A stretch of DNA of 62,830 bases, filler included, from Stramenopiles sp. TOSAG23-2 (GCA_900128395.1; 34 parts of 34 records of this genome joined end to end with filler, not necessarily neighbours in it); one strand, 5' to 3'. Shown: positions 37,097-49,921, numbered from the whole stretch's first letter. The notes: generated from the sequence alone by a model not told the origin. Translations and numbers: made by a program.

Positions 37097-37587
37097 TTTT
37101 GTTTGAAGATGTGCGGTATAAAAATGAAAAAGATAGATTTGCAAATTATCGCAATAAAGTATTTGCAAATCGTGTAAATAGTAAGAAAACAGAAGGATAT
37201 CGAGAACGATTTATCCAATTAGAAAAACAAGGACAACGTACTGCTATCCTTCGTGAAAAAGCACGTGTTGCTGCTAAATATTTAAGAAAAGAAGCATATG
37301 ATAAACCAATCCGTGAAAGAGGAGCGATGGAATACGAGGTAAGCTTAAAATCAGGTGGCGGCAAAAAAATTGTGAAAACACATTTTGATCATAGAAAACA
37401 TCAATGGAAACAACAGATTGGAATAAAAGAATATAAAGAAGCAATGCAACGACGAGGTCATAATATACTTATGATGTCTCCAGATTACATACGCGTGTTT
37501 GGTGTGCAACCTAACATGGGATGGAGTATTGACAGACGACGACAAGGTAGAGGTAGAGATTCAACAAGTAAACGGTTGTTTGGGTGA
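37097..37587 (+). CDS. 3' end of a basic protein, unknown function
   Basis: 162-codon frame open from the contig edge. Confidence 0.6.
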
Positions 37588-37605
37588 AAAGAAGAAGATG
37601 TATTA

Positions 37606-38601
37606 TTATAATGTATTTTTTATATTTGTCGCCATATCAACACTACCTTTTTTTTCATTTCCAACTACGCTGGGTTTTTTTAATTCCTCCGGCTGTTGTT
37701 TCATTTTTTTTTTCTCAATCATGTTCTTATTATGATGGTAATCTTTCAATTGTTTTAAAAAACTATCATTTGGTCTGCAAAATGGCCTTGCTTTTTTACA
37801 CATATTGACAGCTTGACTGCTTGACATACGAAATTCAGAAATCAAATATGCTGCCAAAATTGTAGTAGAACGACTTATACCTGCACCACAATGAATTAAT
37901 ACATTACCTGCTGTATTTAATGCATTATTTATGAATTCATTTGTTTCTTTAAAAAATTTTGTCATATTTTGTGAAGTATTATCATCACATTTTATATTTA
38001 AATACTTAAAATCATTTGGGAAACGTATTGCATTCGAAGTATCAACTGCTACGATTATATGTGTTATTTTATTTGTTTTTAAATATTTCTTCTCGGATGC
38101 AGGTTTCCAACCTGAAATGTATATACCAGGTACAACAGCTTGCATTTCATCTTTGAAGATTTTAACTTCATTCGCTTCATCTTTTGATGATAGAGTACTA
38201 ATATTCATATGCAAAGACATTTGCAAAGAGCCATTATCGTTGATATTTTTGATTATCTCATCCAAATTAGCTTTAATTTTCTTTTTTTCAATTTTATAAT
38301 TTTCACCTACTTTTGGATTAGTAATAATCATACGATAATCCACCAACGCTTTTTCTACCTTTTTATATTCAGATATATACCGTTTAAATTTTTTCTTTTG
38401 TTTTTGCAACGTGGCATAATATTTAAAATACAGTTTTAAATCATTTTCTTGGACTTCATTTTCATTATTATTATTATTATTTTTCTTGCTTTTATTTTTT
38501 TTCACTACAACAAATTTCTTCTCTTTAATCTCTTTTTGTTTTGGTTTTAAAACATATGCAAAATCAAGCGTTCCAATGGCATGATCAGTTAATCTACTCA
38601 T
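37606..38601 (-). CDS. Dual-specificity protein phosphatase
   Basis: VVPGIYISG, ITHII, general-acid CDD, VLIHCGAGISRS, AYLI, RP...PNDSF..QL. Confidence 0.93.
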   Translation of the reverse strand: MSRLTDHAIGTLDFAYVLKPKQKEIKEKKFVVVKKNKSKKNNNNNNENEVQENDLKLYFKYYATLQKQKKKFKRYISEYKKVEKALVDYRMIITNPKVGENYKIEKKKIKANLDEIIKNINDNGSLQMSLHMNISTLSSKDEANEVKIFKDEMQAVVPGIYISGWKPASEKKYLKTNKITHIIVAVDTSNAIRFPNDFKYLNIKCDDNTSQNMTKFFKETNEFINNALNTAGNVLIHCGAGISRSTTILAAYLISEFRMSSSQAVNMCKKARPFCRPNDSFLKQLKDYHHNKNMIEKKKMKQQPEELKKPSVVGNEKKGSVDMATNIKNTL

Positions 38602-38944
38602 ATTGATTAATTTATTATTTTTTATTATATATTATATATGTATAGATTGTTTTATATTATAATATTGTATAAGTGTGGTATGCACGTACAAATATATAAT
38701 AATAATATTACCAACAAAGGTGAAATTAAAATGTCATTCAAAATTCAAACAATAATTTAATAATAAATTTTAGAGTGTTACAAAAAATAATAATAGAACA
38801 AGACTTACGAAGAGAATATTACAAAACAAATACGCATATATGTTNNNNNNNNNNNNNNNNNNNNNNNNNNNNNNNNNNNNNNNNNNNNTTAATTAATTAA
38901 NNNNNNNNNNNNNNNNNNNNNNNNNNNNNNNNNNNNNNNNNNNN

Positions 38945-40168
38945 TGTGATGTATGGGTATGATGGATCTGGATCGCAGCGGACACCTAACGAAGATGGGG
39001 ATTGGTCAGCACATTCCGTACCAGTTATTCCAAAATCGAGACACATGTTACCGCTGGTAGCGTATGAGCACGGTTTTGCTTGTGTAGACTCGAATAAGTC
39101 TACCGAGCCCATATTTATGCGTTGATAGATTCCATTATTGATATTGAAATTATTGCCCGTTTTCCTATACGAATTTATGAACGTGGATTGCACTAATGTC
39201 AATTTTAATTGACTAGTGGCCCAAACAAAAAAAGTACTATATATATTACTAGAGCTTACAATATCACCTTCTACTGTAACATATTTTAGAGTAATATCTA
39301 CAGCTCCGTCAATATATATGTCGGTTCCCTCATGGCTTGTAAACGAGCCGCCATTATCATTATTCCATCTTTTATTTTTTATTATTAAGCTGTTCTCGAT
39401 GGATACAGTACCCGCTAATTTCATGCCACATCCAAATTCGTTTGCACCATTTGTTTGTGTACACAAATTCCCGGATACCTTGGAATTCCTTATAAATGTC
39501 TTGCCCCCCCCTCCAGCGTAAATCCCGGAAGATTTTGCTGCTGAATTTTCAGAAATAATACAATTATTTATGTTTACAACAGCAACTGAAAGGGCGGTCT
39601 GAACATATATTCCACCAATAGAACTAGATGCGTCATCTGACTTGGCTTTGTTGTTACTTATGACGGTATCAATTATGTCTAGGTTACCTGCAGCTGAAAT
39701 GTAAACCCCCCCAGCAAATGATTCCGCATAATTTTTTTCTACAACTGCATTACGCATAATAAAATGCTGGCTTGATCCGTAATGAATTGCACCCCCATAG
39801 TCAGCATAGCCATGCGTCAATACAATATTTTCTAAAATGAAGTTTTCGTTCGATTGTCCGCTTAGTCTGAATAATTGGACTCCTATATTTGAGTCTTCAA
39901 TTTCATCCCACCCTCCATCTATTACAGGTTTTATTCCAGTCGAATCTGCAATACCTGTAACTTTTAAAGGACCACTACTAAATACAGTAGATGTTAACGA
40001 ACAGTTTGCAGAAATTGAGTATTCTCCAGTATACCATTTGTCACCACTGCTCCACGTATCACCATCTTGATTTGTCCATGCTCCAAAGTCACACAAACTG
40101 TAACGTTGGAGCGAGGTTGTAGTATGGATAAGCAAGGCGGCCAACACTACCTTCAAAATTTTTATCAT
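38945..40168 (-). CDS. Secreted/surface protein with right-handed beta-helix (pectin-lyase/Pmp-like) repeats, 3'-truncated
   Basis: Signal peptide, GGAI/GGVY/GGIY with ISNNxA repeats, then a Cys-rich segment. Confidence 0.8.
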
Positions 40169-40791
40169 TTAGTGATATTGGTTGCTCAATAATACCAATG
40201 AAAACTCATGCAAGAAAAGAAATCGTAAAGAGCGTTGATTCACTTGTATCAATATAATTCTTATACTAGCTTTTTCAAAGGAATAATACAAGAAGTTATA
40301 CCATACCTGGCATAAGAAAAGTTACAAAAAAAAAAAAAAAAAAAAGTGCAACAACTTCTTCTTTGTTGTTGTTTTTTCGTTTTCCTCCCAGTGCCCAGCA
40401 GTGTGTTAAGTGCTAGACTATGCTAAAATTAGAATATCAAAAAAAAACCTTCGAGTACGTAAATAGGATATTATAGTTGGTAGTATATAAATATATAGAT
40501 AATTTTATAATTATACTGTGCGTATCGTCATCCATTCCTGTTGATACCCGTTTGATCCATCTCTTTTATATTGTTGTATAGCTTCTAATTGTGATATCAT
40601 ATTATCACTAAGTTGATTATTAGCTAGGTGCAAGTAATTTAATGTATTGTTTGTTTTTAATACATCAATAATACTTTGTATTCCACCATCANNNNNNNNN
40701 NNNNNNNNNNNNNNNNNNNNNNNNNNNNNNNNNNNTTAATTAATTAANNNNNNNNNNNNNNNNNNNNNNNNNNNNNNNNNNNNNNNNNNNN

Positions 40792-41811
40792 CCATTGTTC
40801 TGCGCTGCAGCAATGAACCGCTTGGAATGTTTGAAATTTTTATGTGGGCTTGCAATACAACATCCACGTATGGTAAATCTTGCTGATCATCGCGGTGATA
40901 CTGCATTGCATGCTGCTGCTGCTAATGGCAATGTGCAATGCGTTATTTTATTATTAGATGTCGCTGTAAATGTAAATGCGAAAAATGTTAGAGGTTTGAC
41001 ACCAAGAGAAGTTGCAGCAAGAAATAACCACGATTCGGTGTTAACCCTATTCGAAGCCGAAGATGCAAAACATAATAATAATGATAATAATGAGAACAAC
41101 GGTATTGGTAGTAACGGCAATGGTGGTACGAGTAATGCGAACTATTCGCAACAACAACAATATAGCCCAACGCATAAGAAAGCTTTAAATGAAGTATATG
41201 AACAACCAGTTGCTGGATATAATAAATATGGCAACATTTCTGAACGTAATTATTCAAATAATAATAATAATAATACATCACATAATTACTTTAATTTCAA
41301 TCAACATACATCCAATGATTTCTCTAGGACAAATGTAGCAATGGTATCTACGGAAAGGCTGCCATCATCAAATGATAGGGATTTATCAAAATTGCAAGCA
41401 ATATTGCATCAAAATAATACCAGTAGTCGAAGTAGTAGTACTGTTCAAAACGATAGCTACCGAGAGGATGAGGATGATGGTTTGAAACGTTTGCAAAGTG
41501 TTATTAATTCGTCGCGAATGACCAATAAGAATGATGACGCAAACGAAAATGTAAACAATGGGGACAATGATGGCGACGATGGTTTGAAACGATTACAATC
41601 TATCATTAATACACCAGGAAGGGGAGCAACAACAAACGACGATGATGATGTTCAAAGATTGTTAAAAGTTGTAAATAGTAGTCGCGAGGATATAAATAAT
41701 AGCGCAAATACACCACAACAGCAATGGATTGAAATGACAGACCCAACTAGTGGACATATCTACTATCAAAATGTTTCGACAGGGGAATCGCAATGGGAAA
41801 GGCCATTTTAA
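40792..41811 (+). CDS. Ankyrin-repeat plus C-terminal WW-domain protein, 5'-truncated
   Basis: GDTALHAAA, GLTP, WIEMTDPTSGHIYYQNVSTGESQWERP. DDxLxRLQxxxN helix repeated 3-4 times. Confidence 0.9.
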   Translation, partial: PLFCAAAMNRLECLKFLCGLAIQHPRMVNLADHRGDTALHAAAANGNVQCVILLLDVAVNVNAKNVRGLTPREVAARNNHDSVLTLFEAEDAKHNNNDNNENNGIGSNGNGGTSNANYSQQQQYSPTHKKALNEVYEQPVAGYNKYGNISERNYSNNNNNNTSHNYFNFNQHTSNDFSRTNVAMVSTERLPSSNDRDLSKLQAILHQNNTSSRSSSTVQNDSYREDEDDGLKRLQSVINSSRMTNKNDDANENVNNGDNDGDDGLKRLQSIINTPGRGATTNDDDDVQRLLKVVNSSREDINNSANTPQQQWIEMTDPTSGHIYYQNVSTGESQWERPF

Positions 41812-42320
41812 TTTGTTGTATCATACATATATTATAGTGCATTCCCTCTAGGAATTGTCATGGGTAATGTATCATATATCATATGATATATGTAGAAACA
41901 AAACATTTGAAATACGCGTATCATACTCGTACTTTACTACGTAAATAATTATATTACATATATATATTGTACATTTATGATAGAGATGGTTAAAATCTAA
42001 TTTTACTTCCCGTGGCATTCATGATATACTAAGTATATCAGTGAATATAACATTATGAGTGTAAATAAAATCTTTAAATTATATAAAATAAGAGAATTAT
42101 TATATATATACCTTTTTATTAAAATATTTATACAAAAACAATAAATTATGCGTATGATATATGATAAATTAAATTATTATACATCATATATCAATATATA
42201 ATCTTGATATAAATCGTCTCTCATATCTTTTTCCTTTTACACACCTCTACAGATTTATGTATATATCTGATGCATATTATATACATATACAATATATAAC
42301 ATCGTTTTATGCTTTCACTA

Positions 42321-42537
42321 TTAATAATATACACCAGCTTTAACCATTGCATCTGCGTATTTAGTTTCAGCACAACTTAATTTTGGATTAATACCAGAAA
42401 GAATTTGGTCATAATCAACTTTTTCCCAACCTAACCCCATTGATGTAGTCATAGGCTCGTGAAAACATTCTTTTGGTGTTGCTTTTAGAAGCTTATTTGC
42501 GCTATTATTTATATCCTCGCGACTACTATTTTCATCT
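42321..42537 (-). CDS. 3' end of a gene with FAM183/CFAP144-like ciliary motif (not in ORF track)
   Basis: 71 codons, DENSSREDINNSANKLLKATPKECFHEPMTTSMGLGW...SCAETKYADAMVKAGVYY*, with a P.E.F..P.T.S...GW motif. Confidence 0.5.
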
Positions 42538-42637
42538 NNNNNNNNNNNNNNNNNNNNNNNNNNNNNNNNNNNNNNNNNNNNTTAATTAATTAANNNNNNN
42601 NNNNNNNNNNNNNNNNNNNNNNNNNNNNNNNNNNNNN

Positions 42638-44383
42638 CATTGTATATAAGGCAATCGTACGTATAAGAAAATAAATCAATTTCATATTATCATTTGAAGC
42701 CAATGTTACAGCACCCTTATTATTTCCATCTCGTGGACCATCTTTTTTCTTATTATTGTCATACAATTGTTGTTCTTCAACATCTGAATTGGAACGACTG
42801 CGTTTTCTACTACGTCCATCAAATGGTGGGCGACCTTTTATCCAAACAAATACATGTACATAAAACAACACAATGATTTGCATTACTTTCAGTGTTAATA
42901 AAATGGATAAATGACCTACAATAAGGCATCCACTTGATATAATAATCATGATACAATATGTAAAAGTTGATAGCTTACAATCATCTGCTGAAGCATGTAT
43001 TTTCATGTCTGCTTCAACCATAGTTGGCGTAGAATTAGTGCAAGTAAAAAATAATTTTAAACTTGCAAGAAACGTTAAGCCAATTATCATATACAAAACA
43101 TGTTTCGTTTCAAATATTACCTTAGGCAACGACATAGGTATTTTTTGCTCTTTTTTCCAAGAAAACAATTGAATGGAAACTAAAATAATTCCGGTAACAA
43201 ATGTCAATGAAAATGATTTTGGCAAGATATACCTATTAAAAGCATTCGGTACATTCAATAGATCTACGTTTAAGTGGACGTTATATGAACATGTTGGATC
43301 CGAAATTAAATTTATAACAATTGAATCAACCTTACGGTAATGCCCATTTATATTATATTTATATACATTTCCTTTGAAAGAAAGTGGCCGTGGCGATGCG
43401 ATTGATTCTTCTACTACTTCTAAATTGTTGTGAATTTTATTACGATGCAAAAAGGATTCGTTATAATATATGTATCTAACCACCGGTTGAAAATTTTCAT
43501 GGTGTGAAACTTTCATTTTATGCCCATGATGTTGTTGGAATGTAACAAGTGGCTTTTTACATTTTATTTTTTCAATTGTTAATAGTTGTGGTAAAAAACG
43601 GTTGTTAAACATTCGTACAGCGGGTGATATGTCAATTACCATTGGGTGATTTATTGGTAAAACCATTGTTTCTGTACCAAATAATAAATAAGTAAAGAAT
43701 GTATAATATCCATAGCTATTGTAAGAGGATGCATATCCTTCATTATTGTTGTGATTAGTATCAATTTTATTGTTTGCATTCTCCTTCTTTTTTGTCCTTA
43801 TATATTGAGCAGATATGAAGATATTTTTTCTATTTTCATCTGTCACATCATTCCATTTGTTATCCTTATTTGTATTGTCGTTTTCTTTATTCATCATTAT
43901 TCGTATTGATTGATGGCCATCTTGCAAATATGAATTTGAAATATACAACAAATTCAAACTTCCACCTAAACTATCATCATTTTCAAAATTATCTAACAAG
44001 GCAACTTTAGAAGCCCGTGTCCATTTATAGACGTGTCTTTTTTCACCATAATTCATTTCAGGATCATAACTATGATGTAAATGCGTGCGTTTTAAACCAT
44101 TTGGAAACCTTTGGAGAATCGCTTTTATTTCTGTTGTTGATAATGGCGATTCACACGAATTACATGATAAACCTCTACACAAAGATAATTCTACCTTGTT
44201 TTGAAGAAATATAGATGAGGCATTTGACAATAATACAAAAGCAGAATCCATAATCCTATCATTATTCTTGTTACTACTCTCTCCATTATTTATACAATGG
44301 GAAACTGTATCAACATCTTTTGCTAGATTTAAAAATATTTCCGTAGACTTTTTTGTGCTTGTCATGATTGTATTACCATCATT
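42638..44383 (-). CDS. Large membrane protein, possibly PGAP1/Bst1 GPI inositol-deacylase C-terminal region; both ends truncated
   Basis: Open across the whole contig. LISDPTCSYNVHLNVD...RY immediately before the TM helices resembles PGAP1. Confidence 0.5.
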
Positions 44384-44837
44384 NNNNNNNNNNNNNNNNN
44401 NNNNNNNNNNNNNNNNNNNNNNNNNNNTTAATTAATTAANNNNNNNNNNNNNNNNNNNNNNNNNNNNNNNNNNNNNNNNNNNNGAATATCCTAATGCTTT
44501 TAATTGCTTTAATGTTGGTGGAGTAGATGGGTTCATTTCTTTTTATATTTTGGTATAGTTGTTGGAGAAGTTACCATCAATGATGATGATTTTACAAAAA
44601 AAGAATGGTGGCAATGTTGTTTGTTTTTATGATATGTAGATATAGAGAGAAGTATTTTTATATGTAATACTGATATCTTATTATTTGAAAAAAAAAATTG
44701 TAGTGGTAGTATTTTATACTAATTCTTCTCCTCGATGTTTTCATCATTTTATTTTTCTAATACTGTGCTGTTTTATTTTCTGAAGATCAAATAAGGAGAA
44801 AGTCAAGGAGAAGGATATCAAAAAAAGAACACAAGTA

Positions 44838-44877
44838 TAGTCTGCGTCGTCAGACTCTTTCTCGAAAGAAAGAATCT
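44838..44877 (+). repeat. Dispersed double-hairpin repeat (reverse-complement copy at 59951-59989)
   Basis: TAGTCTGCGTCGTCAGACTCTTTC (24 nt) is exact in both copies, followed by GAAAGAAAGA. Confidence 0.85.
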
Positions 44878-45682
44878 CAGAGAGAACACAAGGAAGGTTG
44901 TTAAATAAATATAATAAATTAAATTATAATGGAATAATCATTTAATTCGTAAAAAATTTACTGCTCTAGTGCCCGTAATGCATTTTTATATTCGTCTGAC
45001 TGCGTCGACGAAAAAATGTCGCTCTGTTGTACTTAGCATTCCCTTTTTTTTGTATATCGTCACTCAGCTTACAACAAATTTTTAAATTTGTCGTGGCCAC
45101 AAATAGATTTTCTATTTAATAGAACAAAAAAAGGTTTTCAATGGTGTTGCTTTGCTTTTTTGATCTCTATTAATCAAATTATGACGATTTTAGAGAATGC
45201 ACATGAAACTCCTGCTGTTACTGTACAGTACATGTATCGATATTATCTACATGTAAAAAAGATGATCTATCAAAAAGCATTGTGTCCCGATATATACTGT
45301 AATTGTTCCCGCGGCCAGTCACCGATTTTCGGTACAAATTGTTTCGTATACTTATACACTATATTACCTATCAAATACACAAATTAATCGTTTTTCGGTT
45401 TAGCATGATGATATAATGTACCCCGGATTGATCTTCCATAGTACCATGTGTTATTTATGGCCTAATAACTGTTTCACATCTCACCAAATCATCATCGAAC
45501 ATAGCTGTTAGAAAATATATATACCCATCAATAAATAGTTAATCTCTGCACATACTGGATGTAGTAAGAGTATCATACAACAAAAGAAGTACAAGCGATT
45601 GTACCAAAAACAAACTGTAAGAACATATATAATATACATATATACACAAAGAACACAACAACAATTATAATATATAAATACA

Positions 45683-46162
45683 ATGACGTCAACACAAGAG
45701 GAAGCAAGGAAATATATAGTGGAAAAAGATTTACAAGGAATTAGTGAAAATATGATGCGAGTAAGTATATATTAGTAACAAACAATAAATATACTATACA
45801 ACAAACAATCAGTTTTGTTTACACCTATAATAAATATCAAATTACTTTATGAGAATAATTTCTTCAAACAAAAATCTGCTTTAAATACAATGTTCTAACA
45901 TATACTTTTTTTCTACCATATTTAAAAAAAAAAATAATAAAAATAGGGATTATTATTATCAAGACCTACTGATATTAATGCATGTCTTGTATCAATATTA
46001 AAAGGTGAAGAACAAGGTGGTAATGGTATTGACCGTGCTGCGTCTGATAAATATGCACAAGATAATAATTTAAAAGAAATGTTTAAAAATTTAATGGCAG
46101 ATGTAGTAAAAGCACGTGAAGATGACCCTGTAGCATATTTAATCAAAAAATTGTCTGCATAG
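45683..46162 (+). CDS. 97-aa protein with two RIIa/Dpy-30-like dimerisation-docking domains; exons 45683-45760 and 45947-46162
   Basis: GTAAGT donor at 45761, CTAAC branch point near 45895, TAG acceptor at 45946. The spliced frame is intact: ARKYIVEKDL...LLLSRPTDIN and KYAQDNNL...VVKAREDDPVAYLI. Confidence 0.8.
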
Positions 46163-46329
46163 AAGATTTATATACGTAAGATGTTGTGAGAGAGAATTAT
46201 AAATTGTAAAAAAAATGAAATATTTTAAANNNNNNNNNNNNNNNNNNNNNNNNNNNNNNNNNNNNNNNNNNNNTTAATTAATTAANNNNNNNNNNNNNNN
46301 NNNNNNNNNNNNNNNNNNNNNNNNNNNNN

Positions 46330-46843
46330 TTACAAACGAATTAAATTTAAATCTTTGTGAAACGTATTGTATTCCAGTCAATGCTAACAAAAAACCAAGT
46401 ATCACAACCCATACATCAGCTTTAGCTAATCGACTTTCACCATATACTGGGCGGAATCGTGCTGGAATAGAAGCAATAAATTCATCATATTCTTTTCTTT
46501 TATCTTCATCTTTTAATATTTCGTATGCTCCACTAATTTCTAAAAATTTATTTGCTGCTTCATCTTTTGTAAATACTTGTTTGATTTCGGGGCCACTCGT
46601 TTCATATTTGTCAGGATGAAATGTTCTTGCTAGTTTTCGATATACTTTTTTCAATTCTCTTGTTTCAACATCTTTGGAAACACCTAGCATACCATAAAAA
46701 TCTGAATTCCACCATGTTGTTTGCTCTGCATATGTTGCTGCTTCAACTTTTTTTATTAAGACAAATGATGTTATAAAACAATAATAATAAATGAAAAATG
46801 ATGGCATGAAGATTGATCGTAACATATATTTTGTATTGACCAT
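46330..46843 (-). CDS. ER-type DnaJ protein (signal peptide, J-domain, TM; DNAJC25-like), 3'-truncated
   Basis: DFYGMLGV, LKKVYRKLARTFHPDK, AYEILKD...R..YD, then a TM helix. Confidence 0.9.
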
Positions 46844-47587
46844 TTTATATATGTGTGTGTGTGAGAGAGAGGTATTATTATTAATAATAATAATAGATGG
46901 TTTCAGTATAGAATATGATGTGTATATACTTCTACTTACATATATATATATATATTTGTTCTCATCTGTATGTCTGTGTATGTGTATTTATATTTATTCA
47001 AATAAATTCAATAAATATTATTAATAACATCATCATCAAAAAAAAATAATAAACATACTAATACAATAACAACAACAACTTTTTGTTTTTTTTTGTGATA
47101 GTACGATATATAATTAAGGTTTTGTATCGATTTTTGTGATTTAGATTTATGTACATATTTAGTATATAAATAATACTTAATATTATTTGTATACTAATTT
47201 GTGGATGATAGGGGAAACCAAACCAATTCAAGTGTGTTTTTCAAATAATTTTTTAAAAATTTTGTATTTTTTTTTTTGTGATGAGGAGTGATTTTTTGAA
47301 ATGCTGCCATGGCTTGCAATGGTGTGTTCATATTATATAGCGAATTTAGATTTCACACATATGATGAATTCTAAATAATAACAGTGAATATATAGATATA
47401 TAGATGTACATATAAAAGTATATGTATCTGTGTCTTTCTGTTAGCTACGTTTGATCAATATAACCAAAATTATCATCCTTTTCTTCATTTGTATTTTCCA
47501 AAAGAGAAAAAATATATTATCAAAACAAGATAATATATATATAATATATATATATATCATTTGAATTATAATATTATACACATAAAG

Positions 47588-48075
47588 ATGAAATTTAAAA
47601 CGACACAACAACCAGTTAATGTCCATAAGCAAATGGTAACTGCTACTTGTTGGACACCATCCAATGAATTATATACTTGTGGCGATGATAAAGTTATTAT
47701 GAAATGGAATTTGCAAGGTGAACATTTAGGTAAAGTATGCGATTTAGATGCATTTGTTACCGACATGAGTTGGTTTCCAAGTGCTGGACAACAAACTTCT
47801 GATATGTTTGCCATTTCTTGCTCGGATGGGACTATACGCTTATTATCAAAAAGTGGTAATGAACAGAAAAAAATAAAAGAAGCTTCAGGTGGTGCCGTTA
47901 TTTGCTTGAAATGGAGTTTCGATGGGAATTCTTTAGCATCTGGTGGCGAAGATGGTAGTGTCAAATTATGGTCTAGATCAGGGATGTTGCGAAATAACTT
48001 CTCGCAGCAAGGTGCTGCTGTTTATACTTTAGCATGGGGTCCAGATAGCAACCAATTACTTTTCGGTAGTGGTTC
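47588..48075 (+). CDS. IFT80: Intraflagellar transport protein 80, 5' part
   Basis: H...V....WT..NELYTCGDD..I.KW, WFP, GEDG.VKLWSRSGMLR, VY.LAWGPDS match the IFT80 WD40 N-terminus. Confidence 0.9.
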
Positions 48076-48175
48076 NNNNNNNNNNNNNNNNNNNNNNNNN
48101 NNNNNNNNNNNNNNNNNNNTTAATTAATTAANNNNNNNNNNNNNNNNNNNNNNNNNNNNNNNNNNNNNNNNNNNN

Positions 48176-49921
48176 AAAACAAAGCAAACGTTGAATGTAT
48201 CCTGCTTTCGTGGAGTGTATCATGCACATGGTGTGCCCAACGATGTTGTGGGTGTGAGCGAACGCCAAGCGTTTTCGACATGGATCGTCTGAAAAACAGA
48301 ACATGAGCTTGGAAGCGCCACCAATTGAACGTGAAATATCCCATAAAGCTAAACAATGTAACCCATTCTAACGAATTAAATAATTCTGGATATTCAAATA
48401 GACGGTAATCAAATGTGAGCCAGGCAACAAATGATAGCAAACTAACTAAAACTGCCACTAAGCAAGCAGATATTAATGATGACACGATCCATCCACCAGA
48501 TTTACGATATGGCTTTAAGTATAAAATTGAAGTCGCGAAACCCATGAGCACAACTATGTTAACCCCCAACGCACCTGATCTTGATTCATTCCCAGTAAAA
48601 AATGCTGCAGAACCAGCAAGGCAAGCGACTGTAATTTGGCGAATTTCCCGAAAAAAATAATATTCTTTTTTCAAATCGCTTCTGGTCCAAAATGAAAGTA
48701 CAGATAATTTTGGTGCTCGGTGGTCTTTTTGCCCTGCCAAAGTTCTGCTTACAACTAAATAACTTGCAATTGGAAAACCAATTGTAAACACCATTATCAT
48801 TACCCAAGATATGCCAGCTGCATATCCATGTGAACCTTCGTAACATATTACTGATGGCCGCCTTGATAAACGATACTGACCGAGTTTTGTTTGACAATTT
48901 ACCAGATCAAAGGCATTGACAGCTACAGCGCCATACGACAGTTGTAAAAACGACAACATACCTTGTTGCAAGTAACCATATGCTTTCTTATCGAATTTAT
49001 TCTTTTTGCATAATGGCCATGATACACATGATTTTTTCACACAGCTTATAGACATGAATCCCAACAAAAGCAAGACTCCAAGTACAAACAACATCCCTGC
49101 AGTTTCAAACAAAAATGGGGTATAATTCATTTCTCCAACACATTGCGAATATACTTGGCCACGAAAATCAAAAAGACTAACATAAAAGCCTTGAAAAATG
49201 TTCCTCAACCACGTAAAATATTCAGAATTAACGGGCATTCCTGCAATTGCTATAAGTTGTGCAGCTAATAGTGATTCAAAAAGGAATCGCATCGTCATTT
49301 CAATAGCTGACAGTATTGTTGAACCAGCTAATACTGTTGATATATACACCAGTGATGTTACGATAAGGAAAACTAGGAAACAAAAGATTAATGCATTTAT
49401 TAATGGAAGGGCAATCGAATCCCAAAACCCATTAATATGTCCACAAGAATGGCATTTTCCGTCTATCGTTTCATAATAACCAGCTGCGCATAGATCACAA
49501 AATTCTGTTCCTGGGTCATACCCTTCCTTGCATTCCGATTTCCTAGACGTGATATTATATCCTTCACAACGACCATATGAAGGCGTTCTACAACGAAAAA
49601 TTTCATTTCCAAATTCTGTTGGGCTCCAATACCCCTCTAAAGGCCATGCCCGTGCTCCACCAGGACAGATAGAATTCTCTGGGCAATTTTCACATCCTGA
49701 TCCACTTCCAAATGCACATTTTTCCGAACTTTGTTTCGGATCAAAGCATATGGAAGCAGAAGATTCAAAGCTTGAATCGGTGCATTCTTCATAATAGTAA
49801 ATCATACTTGTAAATGCAATACCACCAGTAGAACCATTTATGGTATTTGGATTATTTAAAGTCAAATTTTGATAACCGTTTTCTTTTTCACAATCAATGT
49901 TTTCACAGACAGTGGAGTACG
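48176..49921 (-). CDS. Large surface protein: Cys-rich (GCC2/ephrin-like) repeats plus about 7-TM region; both ends truncated
   Basis: CENCPENSICPGG...GYW, CKEGY...CDLCAAGYY, C.EGSH, LKPY, multiple TM helices. Confidence 0.85.
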
